Notes under the pieces: model-generated
Told to the model about the DNA's origin: nothing
Database searches by the model: none
What the model saw: the letters and a program-made list of their open reading frames with translations, nothing else
Assembly: GCA_964391355.1 (NCBI GenBank)
Contig: CAYMJY010000001.1
Span: 4,340-68,339, forward strand
DNA: 64,000 nucleotides
Direction of reading: 5' to 3'
From: an uncultured Dehalococcoidia bacterium
GTDB lineage: Bacteria; Chloroflexota; Dehalococcoidia; Lucifugimonadales; Australimonadaceae
Made by a program: the position numbers and the translations under genes
In this document: positions 27,006 through 35,078 of the stretch, one piece after another
How the letters are laid out: every line of letters begins with the position of its first letter
How positions within the stretch are numbered: position 1 is the stretch's first letter

Positions 27006-28379
27006 TCATGCATGGATTGCGTTCCCATCTACAGCCAAAGCTGCTTCTTTGACTGTTTCAGAAATTGAAGGGTGTGCATTTACTACGTTACCAATTTCCA
27101 GATTGGTACCATCAAGTATTTTTGCAATGCTCAATTCCCCTAGTAATTCAGTGACATCATTACCTAAGAGATGTGACCCAAGGATTTCACCATTGTTGGA
27201 ATCAACAACGATTTTTGCAAAACCTTCCTCGGCACCTTCGGTTAAAGCTTTGCCGTTAGCAGCCATGGGGAAACGACCAATTTTGACATCTAAGCCTTGG
27301 CTTATAGCGTCTTGTTCTGTCATACCAATACTAGCGACTTGAGGGTGGCAATATACAGCCCTCGGTATTGCATCATAATTTATTGGGGTGGGTTGAAGCC
27401 CCGCCAACTGTTCGATCACATAAACACCCTGAGCTTGAGCGACATGGGCTAGAGGAGCATAGCCGATCAAATCGCCGATAGCGTAAATATTTGAATTATT
27501 AACCCTCAAAGACTTATCTACTCGAATGAAACCCTCAGATACTTCTGCTTCGATATTTTCAAGTCCAATACCTGTTGAATTCCCATGGATGCCAGCTGCT
27601 ACAATCACCCTTTGGTTTTTAAAACTTCTAATACCCTTGGGAGTATTGATTGAAAGATCACAGATGTTTTCTTTCTTTGTTAGATCAACAATTCGTGAAC
27701 TGGTAAGGATTTCTATCCCCTGTTTTTCCAAGTACCTAGTAAGGTAACGAGATACATCTCTGTCTTCACGGGGTAATATTCGCGGTTCAGTTTCTACAAT
27801 AGTCACCTTGGAGCCGTAAGCGGAGAAAATCCAAGCAGATTCTAAGCCAATGGCACCACCGCCAATTACTAACGCATTGTCTGGTGGGGACTGTTCAAGG
27901 AGGCCGCTTCTGTAATTTACAATAGCCTGGCCATCGACCTCGATTCCTGGGATTTCATTGGGGCTTGCCCCAGTAGCCAGAATGATGGTTTGAGCACTAA
28001 TATGTTGGTTATTAACCAAAATCGTATGATTGTCGAGTAGAGAAGCATTCCCTAGTAGTAGCTCCACACCATTCTTTTTGAACAAACTGTGAATCCCATT
28101 TGTAAGTTGTTTGACCACTTTCCAAACTCTCTCCATACCGGCTTGGTAGTTGACATTGAAGTCCGTGACAGAGACACCATAAATGTGAGCAGTTTTAACT
28201 GTCTGAAGCACTTCGGCATTTTTAATCATAGCCTTAGTAGGAATGCAACCCCAGTTTAAGCAGACACCACCGACTGCTTCTTTTTCTATGACCAAAGTCT
28301 TATACCCAAGTTGAGCAGCTCTAATCGCAGCGACATAGCCACCTGGACCTGCTCCTAATACTGCGACATCATATTCCAT
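27006..28379 (-). CDS. lpd: dihydrolipoyl dehydrogenase
   Basis: MEYDVAVLGAGPGGYVAAIRAAQLG, redox-active GGVCLNWGCIPTK, and a C-terminal HAHPSISE dimer-interface motif. I place the start at ATG 28379, not at the track's TTG 28460. Confidence 0.9.
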   Translation of the reverse strand: MEYDVAVLGAGPGGYVAAIRAAQLGYKTLVIEKEAVGGVCLNWGCIPTKAMIKNAEVLQTVKTAHIYGVSVTDFNVNYQAGMERVWKVVKQLTNGIHSLFKKNGVELLLGNASLLDNHTILVNNQHISAQTIILATGASPNEIPGIEVDGQAIVNYRSGLLEQSPPDNALVIGGGAIGLESAWIFSAYGSKVTIVETEPRILPREDRDVSRYLTRYLEKQGIEILTSSRIVDLTKKENICDLSINTPKGIRSFKNQRVIVAAGIHGNSTGIGLENIEAEVSEGFIRVDKSLRVNNSNIYAIGDLIGYAPLAHVAQAQGVYVIEQLAGLQPTPINYDAIPRAVYCHPQVASIGMTEQDAISQGLDVKIGRFPMAANGKALTEGAEEGFAKIVVDSNNGEILGSHLLGNDVTELLGELSIAKILDGTNLEIGNVVNAHPSISETVKEAALAVDGNAIHA

Positions 28380-28504
28380 AGAAAAAACCTTTAGGTAGAA
28401 CCGAAGCCAAAACACCACAGATACAATGATCATTGCTATAAGTGTGCTTAACAAAGACAACTACAGTATAAAACGATCTTGGCGAAACGTGCACACTTGA
28501 CGAA

Positions 28505-28551
28505 AGTCGCATTGGACCCATAGGAATTTTCTATGGGTCCAATGCGACTTG
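28505..28551. repeat. 20-bp perfect inverted repeat with a 7-nt spacer
   Basis: aagtcgcattggacccatag-gaatttt-ctatgggtccaatgcgactt, in the divergent region between lpd and the 28706 gene. A TTGACG hexamer lies just 5' of it on the plus strand (28498-28503). Confidence 0.9.
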
Positions 28552-28705
28552 AAGCCTGTTGCTCATGGTAAAAACCTAAAATGGAATCAACGCACCATGA
28601 AATGTATCTAGGTTATTATCCATAGAGTAGAAATTAAACGTGAGATATACTTTCCACATTGAATTTCGTGTAATTTGTTCTTGAATCCCGGTATAAATAA
28701 AAGAG

Positions 28706-29422
28706 ATGACGATGCAGGATCAACCACTGGAAGAGCTTCTGGCCCATGCCATTGAAAGCACATATGTAATTAGGCCTCCAAAGCAGTATTTAGCTACATT
28801 TGGTGTTACATCAATCAAATACTACCTAGTTACAGAAGCTGCTTACAATAGTTTAAATATAGGTGAAAAAAGTGAAGACGTGGTAATTCGTGAAGGAATG
28901 GTCCGCGCAGAGCAACCTCAAGTTGTAACACCTCATTATTTGCTGAACCATGAAGGCTTTGGGGATTATGCCTCAGAATATTTGAGGCAACTCAGACAGC
29001 AAGGAGCAGGAGATACGCCAGGGTTACTTTATGCATACAAAAATGAAGGTATGCGCACAAATATTGCCTCTGGTGATGTGAAGCAGGTTGCCTATCGTTT
29101 AAAAGGATGGCTAGACAGGGAAGAAAGAGGCATGGAGGCGGTAATACAAGGCATTGATGAGCTTTGGGATGTGTCTTTAATGAAATTTATTTATGATTTA
29201 ACCTCCGCATCTTTACGCTCAAACCTAATGGAGATACAAAATCAGGGTCTTTTGGATGTAGAACGAGGCGTACCTCGTGCGGCGAGGGAACGTATTGAGC
29301 AATTATTGAATGATGCAAGACAAGGTAATGTTGATCCCGCAGTGGTGCACCAAGAGATTGAACGCTGGGGCGCTTTTGATGAATACCAAGATAAATTCCT
29401 CGCTATTTTTAAAAGAAAATAA
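28706..29422 (+). CDS. hypothetical protein
   Basis: 238-aa soluble ORF with good coding appearance. I recognise no family. It lies 3 nt upstream of the HPP gene. Confidence 0.6.
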   Translation: MTMQDQPLEELLAHAIESTYVIRPPKQYLATFGVTSIKYYLVTEAAYNSLNIGEKSEDVVIREGMVRAEQPQVVTPHYLLNHEGFGDYASEYLRQLRQQGAGDTPGLLYAYKNEGMRTNIASGDVKQVAYRLKGWLDREERGMEAVIQGIDELWDVSLMKFIYDLTSASLRSNLMEIQNQGLLDVERGVPRAARERIEQLLNDARQGNVDPAVVHQEIERWGAFDEYQDKFLAIFKRK

Positions 29423-29425
29423 CTC

Positions 29426-29950
29426 GTGAAGCTTAGAATTTTTGACACTAAACTTAAACATGAGCGAAAACGCTATTTCGTTCAGGTTAGTTTGGCTTCG
29501 ATATCTTTATTCCTTGTTCTTGTCGCATCAAGCTTTCTTAGTTCGGCTTTAGAGTCCAAAGCGGTGATAGTAGCAGCAATTGCATCTACTGCTTTTGTTT
29601 TATTCATTATGCCGCACAGTGATACAGCACATCCACGGCATGTATCCGGAGGCCATTTAGTGGCTTTGGTTATAGGTGTCGCATTTGTTTGGGTTGCGGA
29701 TTCTTTAGTGACGCTTCAGGCCATTGAAGATTCTAAATTCTTCTTCCCAGTCTTTGCCGCAACCGGTGTTGGTTTTTCAATGCTAGTAATGGCTGCGACA
29801 GATACGGAGCATCCGCCGGCTGCTGGTACAGCACTGGGTATATTAAGCAGCCCAGTTTCATTGGAATTGGTTTTATTTATTTTGATGAGCGTTTCGCTAT
29901 TACTGACTATTCAATTGAGCTTCAGGAAACGCTTACACAACCTTTATTAG
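29426..29950 (+). CDS. HPP-family membrane protein
   Basis: 174-aa ORF with four TM helices. It carries the paired motifs MPHSDTAHPRHVSGGH and ATDTEHPPAAGTALG that I associate with the HPP family. GTG start. Confidence 0.8.
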   Translation: MKLRIFDTKLKHERKRYFVQVSLASISLFLVLVASSFLSSALESKAVIVAAIASTAFVLFIMPHSDTAHPRHVSGGHLVALVIGVAFVWVADSLVTLQAIEDSKFFFPVFAATGVGFSMLVMAATDTEHPPAAGTALGILSSPVSLELVLFILMSVSLLLTIQLSFRKRLHNLY

Positions 29951-29964
29951 TAAAAATACCATCC

Positions 29965-30774
29965 TTAAGAAATATGGGCAGCTCCGTTTACTTCCAAGAG
30001 AGCTCCTGAGATGTAGTTCGCATAGGGGGATAATAGGAAAAGCATGGGACCTACAGCTTCCGAAACTGTCCCTGGCCTGCCCAGAGGGAGCGTAGCAAAA
30101 TACTTGGCGCGTGCCTCCTCAGGAATTCCTTGTACCGAATCACCCACCCATTCATTTTGCGTTTCGCGCGGACGAGTCAACCTAGTATCAATTGGTCCAA
30201 AAGCTATCGAGTTGCTTAGTATGTTGAACCGTGCACCTTCAATTGCTATAGTGCGTGAGAGACCTACTATTCCTGCTTTTGCTGCTGAATAGTTTCCTTG
30301 GCCTAAATTCCCGAAAGCTGACATTGAAGATACGGTTAATATTCTGCGTGGTTTAAGTTCAATTTCGGATTCTTTTTCTATTGCTGCTTCTTTACGCATA
30401 GCTGAGTACGCAGGCTGTATGACAGAATATGTTCCATTCAAGTGAACATTAATAATATCGTCCCATTGTTCCCTATTCATACGATGGAACATTACGTCCC
30501 ACGTATAACCAGCGAGCGTGGCAACCAAATCAATGGTTCCAAATTTTTCGATAGCGGTTTTGGTAAGCAACAAGCCAATTTCTGGGTTAGAAACAGAACC
30601 AGATACGCCTATAGCCTCACCCTTTGCTGAATCCACGGTTTCTGATAAGGGTTCTGGATCTAAATCGTTAAGAATTAATTTCGCACCACTCTCAGAAAGT
30701 GATAGAGCTAATGCTTTACCGATTCCTCTACCGGCGCCTGTAATGATCGCTACTTTTCCTGCAAAACCTTCCAT
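29965..30774 (-). CDS. short-chain dehydrogenase/reductase (SDR)
   Basis: GKVAIITGAGRGIGKALA cofactor motif and the YSAAK catalytic motif. Confidence 0.85.
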   Translation of the reverse strand: MEGFAGKVAIITGAGRGIGKALALSLSESGAKLILNDLDPEPLSETVDSAKGEAIGVSGSVSNPEIGLLLTKTAIEKFGTIDLVATLAGYTWDVMFHRMNREQWDDIINVHLNGTYSVIQPAYSAMRKEAAIEKESEIELKPRRILTVSSMSAFGNLGQGNYSAAKAGIVGLSRTIAIEGARFNILSNSIAFGPIDTRLTRPRETQNEWVGDSVQGIPEEARAKYFATLPLGRPGTVSEAVGPMLFLLSPYANYISGALLEVNGAAHIS

Positions 30775-30893
30775 AATGTACCTTCTTTCAGGATATAGTC
30801 ACAATTGTACAATTTTACTCCAATAATGATTGATGCTTGGAATGCTAAAATCTAATAGGATACATTCAATTTAGTGGCATAAGGAGAAAACGC

Positions 30894-31535
30894 GTGGCGC
30901 ATTCATTTGAAGGGATAGATAGCGGTATGTTTGCGGATGCTTTGGACATCCTGAATCATGATGGTGCGATGGTGGGTTTGCAGCCTGTAGCTCATGGACA
31001 AAGATTTCATGGTAACGCGCTGACTGTAAGAATGTTGGTTGGTACGCCTGGCACCTTCGCACCGGAAGAAATTGCTTTAGGCAAAATTCTTGAAGGTGCT
31101 TCCAAGGATGATGTGATCATCATAGACGTGGGTGGTGAGTACATTACAGTTTGGGGAGAACTAGCAGCTATTGCTGCGCAAAATATCGGAGTAGCGGGAT
31201 TGATAGTTGATGGTGCAGTGCGTGATGCTGATATTATGCAAGAACTTGGTTTCCCCGTCATAACTAGGCATATCTGCCCGACTGCGGGAAAAACTCGCTT
31301 GCGGTTAGGTTCAGTAAATCAAGAACCAGTTAAAGTAGGCGGCGTAAGTGTCAGCCCTGGGGATTTCGTATTTGCAGATGAGACAGGGGCAGTTGTTGTT
31401 CCAAAAGACATGTATGATTCTACTTTGGAAGAACTCGACAAGATCAAGAAGAAAGAAAATGCCTTCAAAGAGGGCTTAGCTAAAGGATTACCATACCTCG
31501 AAGCAGCAAAAGGTATGGGATTAGTCCAAATTTAA
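30894..31535 (+). CDS. RraA-family protein (candidate 4-hydroxy-4-methyl-2-oxoglutarate/oxaloacetate-type class II aldolase)
   Basis: 213-aa ORF with the RraA-fold pattern (GNALTVRM..., DDVIIIDVGGEYITVWGELAAIAAQNIGVAGLIVDGAVRD). GTG start 7 nt after AAGGAG. The aldolase role is inferred from its neighbours. Confidence 0.75.
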   Translation: MAHSFEGIDSGMFADALDILNHDGAMVGLQPVAHGQRFHGNALTVRMLVGTPGTFAPEEIALGKILEGASKDDVIIIDVGGEYITVWGELAAIAAQNIGVAGLIVDGAVRDADIMQELGFPVITRHICPTAGKTRLRLGSVNQEPVKVGGVSVSPGDFVFADETGAVVVPKDMYDSTLEELDKIKKKENAFKEGLAKGLPYLEAAKGMGLVQI

Positions 31536-31579
31536 TTATATAAAAATTTTTTGTAATTCAGGTTAAGGAGATTAGGCTA

Positions 31580-32368
31580 ATGAGCCTTACAAACGAACAA
31601 GTCAAAGAACTAGCAGATTCACTATGGAGCGCTGAGGAAACGCATAATTTCATCCCACCGTTGACTGATTCATTTCCTGATTTATCTCCCGATGATGCAT
31701 ATCGAGTACAAGAACAAGTACTCCAGTATCGATTAAGTAGCGGTAGAAAAGTCGTTGGCAAGAAAGTTGGGCTTACCAGCGCGGCGATGCAAAAAATGTT
31801 GGGTATTGATACACCAGATTACGGTATGATTTTTGACAATATGGTTCTTGCAGACGGTGCTGAAGTACCTTTTGATTCATTGCAACAACCGCGTGTGGAG
31901 CCAGAGATCACTTTCTTCCTGAAAAAGACCATTAAAGGCCCCAATGTTTCAATTGACGATGTCTTGGAGGCCACGGACTATGTGGTTGCATCTCTTGAGG
32001 TTGTAGGTAGTCGTGTAGCTGACTGGAAAATCAAACTTGCGGATACCATAGCTGATAACGCTTCACATATGGCCGCTGTGATCGGATCAGCCAAAATAGA
32101 CGTCGCTCAAGTGGATCTGGTCAACGAAGGATTGGTCTTTGAAAAAAATGGCGTAGAGCTAAGCAGAGGCACTGGCGCTGCAGTATTGGATAATCCTGCT
32201 AAAGCAGTAGCTTGGTGTGCCAATAAGCTTGGTGAGTATGGTGTTCCGTTAAATGCTGGTGAGTTTGTTATGCCTGGTGCGCTAGTTGGCATGACACCTG
32301 TTGAAAAAGGAGACATAGTAGTTGCAAAATTTGACACTCTTGGCTCTGTTAGTGTGAAGTTTATTTAG
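31580..32368 (+). CDS. mhpD: 2-oxopent-4-enoate (2-keto-4-pentenoate) hydratase family protein
   Basis: 262-aa ORF with AYRVQEQVLQYRLSSGRKVVGKKVGLTSAAMQ, typical of the MhpD/XylJ/HpcG family. Upstream of the aldehyde dehydrogenase and aldolase pair. Confidence 0.85.
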   Translation: MSLTNEQVKELADSLWSAEETHNFIPPLTDSFPDLSPDDAYRVQEQVLQYRLSSGRKVVGKKVGLTSAAMQKMLGIDTPDYGMIFDNMVLADGAEVPFDSLQQPRVEPEITFFLKKTIKGPNVSIDDVLEATDYVVASLEVVGSRVADWKIKLADTIADNASHMAAVIGSAKIDVAQVDLVNEGLVFEKNGVELSRGTGAAVLDNPAKAVAWCANKLGEYGVPLNAGEFVMPGALVGMTPVEKGDIVVAKFDTLGSVSVKFI

Positions 32369-32409
32369 ATTGTGTTGATTTGCACCTTGGTGTACTTAAG
32401 GAGACTTAG

Positions 32410-33318
32410 ATGGATCATGAAAAGATAGGAGTAGCCATTGTTGGCTCCGGAAACATAGGCACAGACCTGATGCTAAAGCTTGCCGATCACCCTAGGCTTG
32501 AAATGAGATTAATGGTTGGCATTGATCCAAATTCTGAAGGCTTAGCAATGGCCAAGCAAATGGGATATCAAGTAACTGCTAATGGTATTGAGGGATTTAA
32601 AGAGCATCATGATTTGGTAAAAATTGTATACGAATCAACCAGTGCGAAAGCCCACATAGCAAACGCACCTGTCTATAAAGAGTTGGAAAAGATAGCTATC
32701 GATCTAACGCCTGCATCTGTGGGTCCGTATGTTGTGCCGTATGTGAATATTGGAGATGTGCTTGATGAACCAAACGTCAATTTAATTACGTGCGGTGGAC
32801 AGGCGACAATCCCCATGGTTAATGCGGTGTCAAAAGTAACAAGGGTTCCATACGCCGAGATTGTTGCAACTATTGCCTCTAAAAGTGCGGGCCCAGGTAC
32901 AAGAGCTAACATAGATGAATTCACTGAAACCACAGCTACAGGCATCGTGAGAATTGGTGGTGCTGAAAAGGGTAAGGCTATTATTATTCTCAATCCCGCA
33001 GACCCGCCTATCATAATGAGGGACACTGTTTATTGCCAAGTAGAGGAAATGGACAAAGAGGCTATACTTGGCTCCATTCATGACACGGTTAAGAGGATTC
33101 AAACGTACGTACCTGGTTATCGGCTACGCGTAGATCCGATTTTCTATGACGATAGAGTTGTAATAACAATAGAGGTCGAGGGCGCAGGAATGTATTTGCC
33201 CAAGTATTCAGGTAATTTGGATATTATGACAGCGGCCGCTGTAGAAGTGGGCGATCAATTTGCTAGAAGCCTATTGGGCTTGCCAACTCAAACAGCACCA
33301 ACTGCAGGAGGGGCATAA
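32410..33318 (+). CDS. mhpF: acetaldehyde dehydrogenase (acetylating)
   Basis: 302-aa ORF with [19 protein letters not shown] and the catalytic-Cys context [14 protein letters not shown]. Paired with the aldolase. Confidence 0.9.
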   Translation: MDHEKIGVAIVGSGNIGTDLMLKLADHPRLEMRLMVGIDPNSEGLAMAKQMGYQVTANGIEGFKEHHDLVKIVYESTSAKAHIANAPVYKELEKIAIDLTPASVGPYVVPYVNIGDVLDEPNVNLITCGGQATIPMVNAVSKVTRVPYAEIVATIASKSAGPGTRANIDEFTETTATGIVRIGGAEKGKAIIILNPADPPIIMRDTVYCQVEEMDKEAILGSIHDTVKRIQTYVPGYRLRVDPIFYDDRVVITIEVEGAGMYLPKYSGNLDIMTAAAVEVGDQFARSLLGLPTQTAPTAGGA

Positions 33319-33319
33319 A

Positions 33320-34354
33320 ATGTCCATTAAGCGAAAAATCAGACTCGTCGATTCCACCATGCGTGACGGAAGCCATCCGATGGCTCATCAATTCACCGCA
33401 GAACAAGTCACCCAGATTGCACAAGCTCTTGATGGAGCTGGTATTCCTTTAGTTGAAATTTCTCATGGTGACGGCCTAGGTGGTTCGTCTCTGAATTATG
33501 GATTCTCAAAAGAAGATGAACAAGATTTAATAGCAGCAGTCAATTCAGCGATGTCTAATTCCCGTATCACCGTTTTGCTTTTACCAGGCATAGGGATTCA
33601 AGAAGATTTAAAAGAATCCTATGACCGCGGGGCAAGAGCAGTTCGCGTGGCAACTCACTGTACTGAAGCAGACATTGCAATTCAGCATATTGGCCTGGCA
33701 CGTGATTTGGGTATGGAAACGCTGGGGTTTTTAATGATGGCCCATATGATTGAACCTGCTGACCTCGTAGAACAAGCAAAAATCCATGAATCTTCAGGTG
33801 CAGAAGCAGTGTACGTTACTGATTCTGCAGGAGCGTTACGCCCGGATGGTGTACGAGCGAGGGTATCTGCGTTACGTGAAGCCTTGGACCCAAAAACCAA
33901 AATTGGCATTCATTGCCACAACAATTTAGGCCTTGGTATAGGTAACTCCCTAGCTGCAGTGGAAGAAGGAGCCGAGTACGTGGATGGTTGTTTGGGAGGT
34001 TTAGGCGCTGGTGCTGGTAACGCTCAGACTGAAGTTTTGGCATCTGTTTTAGAGTTAGAAGGCTATGAAACCGGTGTAGACATATACAAAATCATGGATG
34101 CAGCTGAGGATGTAGTAAAGCCAATGATGCAAAGACCGCAAATTATTGATAGAGCCAGCTTGGTTCTCGGTTATGCAGGTGTTTACTCAAGTTTTTTGTT
34201 GCACACATATAGGGCCGCTGCAAAGTTCAATATTGAACCACGTGATATTTTAATGGAATTAGGAAAGCGCAAAATTGTTGGGGGACAGGAAGATTCAATT
34301 CTTGACCTTGCAGCAGAGTTAGCGTCAGAGCAAGAAAAAACAACTGCTAGCTAA
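33320..34354 (+). CDS. mhpE: 4-hydroxy-2-oxovalerate aldolase
   Basis: MSIKRKIRLVDSTMRDGSHPMAHQF... The start is set at ATG 33320, preceded by GGAGGGG and 1 nt after the mhpF stop, rather than the track's TTG 33260. Confidence 0.9.
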   Translation: MSIKRKIRLVDSTMRDGSHPMAHQFTAEQVTQIAQALDGAGIPLVEISHGDGLGGSSLNYGFSKEDEQDLIAAVNSAMSNSRITVLLLPGIGIQEDLKESYDRGARAVRVATHCTEADIAIQHIGLARDLGMETLGFLMMAHMIEPADLVEQAKIHESSGAEAVYVTDSAGALRPDGVRARVSALREALDPKTKIGIHCHNNLGLGIGNSLAAVEEGAEYVDGCLGGLGAGAGNAQTEVLASVLELEGYETGVDIYKIMDAAEDVVKPMMQRPQIIDRASLVLGYAGVYSSFLLHTYRAAAKFNIEPRDILMELGKRKIVGGQEDSILDLAAELASEQEKTTAS

Positions 34355-34359
34355 AACTT

Positions 34360-34397
34360 AAAACCCGAACATGAATCATGATTTATGTTCGGGTTTT
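34360..34397. terminator. bidirectional intrinsic terminator between convergent genes
   Basis: aaaacccgaacat-(12 nt, itself near-palindromic)-atgttcgggtttt: a 13-bp perfect stem with A- and T-tracts. The right arm overlaps the last codons of the minus-strand gene. Confidence 0.6.
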
Positions 34398-34997
34398 AAT
34401 CGTTCCGTCCCATTCTTCTAAAGGCGTGCAATGCCACCACCATCTTTCGTCAACTGACTCCCTACCTGAAATATCTGCTCTCCCTGTTGCCCAAAGTAAA
34501 TCTAGCCAAGGATCCGAGCTGAGAATAACCCAAGGGAATAGGCGGGTTAGTATTTTAATGACTAAATCGCTATCAGGAGTGAAAGAAACTCCTAAGCCTT
34601 GAGAAATATCATAGCTGTGCAAGACTATTTCAGCGCAAGTCATAGCAACATAACCTGTGGAGTCGGCCATTCCAGCGGGATGAAATACCCTATCGTCCTT
34701 ACCCATTTGTTTTGCCAGAGCAATCACAATTTGTGTTGTCGATTTAAATATTTCGAGTGAATCCCACACTGGAATTTTCGAATTAATGTCTCGGAAAACT
34801 GGGATTGCGTTCTGCGATCGTGTTGCTAAGCGAATAGAATAATTCAACGTTACATTTATTAAATGGTTAAGAGTTTCGAGACAACTCCATTCTAGCCTTC
34901 CTGCTCCATTGCCCCATTCAGACTCCTCGCTTTTAGATAAAGCTAAAAGGCTAAAATCCAAAGCGGTAGCGATGCTATTTCCATTTAGACTAGACAT
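34383..34997 (-). CDS. hypothetical protein, possibly DinB/maleylpyruvate-isomerase-N-terminal-like
   Basis: 204-aa ORF. The spacing of conserved His, Glu and Trp residues (LETLNHLINV, FHPAG, AEIVLHSYD, LLWATGR) reminds me of the mycothiol-dependent MDMPI/DinB-like superfamily. This is a weak call. Confidence 0.45.
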   Translation of the reverse strand: MSSLNGNSIATALDFSLLALSKSEESEWGNGAGRLEWSCLETLNHLINVTLNYSIRLATRSQNAIPVFRDINSKIPVWDSLEIFKSTTQIVIALAKQMGKDDRVFHPAGMADSTGYVAMTCAEIVLHSYDISQGLGVSFTPDSDLVIKILTRLFPWVILSSDPWLDLLWATGRADISGRESVDERWWWHCTPLEEWDGTIKTRT

Positions 34998-35078
34998 GGG
35001 GGTATATTGGAACAGATCACCAATTTTCTATCAACCTACTCCGATTGACTGATATGATGTTTTGCTTAAGGAGCCTTA

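Noticed and set aside
28380-28460. Hydrophobic 27-aa N-terminal extension of Lpd (TTG 28460) as a membrane anchor
   Set aside because: No ribosome-binding site precedes the TTG. The canonical MEYDVAVLGAGPGG start at 28379 matches the usual Lpd N-terminus and has an AAAGG upstream. The extension is probably translated AT-rich leader.
30803-30814. 12-bp perfect palindrome aattgtacaatt between the SDR and RraA-like genes as an operator
   Set aside because: About 64000/4^6, roughly 15, perfect 12-bp palindromes are expected by chance in a window this size, and more in AT-rich DNA. There is no adjacent regulator.
33260-33319. Upstream TTG start for the aldolase, overlapping mhpF by 59 nt
   Set aside because: ATG 33320 is preceded by GGAGGGG and gives the conserved MSIKRK...VDSTMRDGSH N-terminus. 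The extension has no counterpart in the family.
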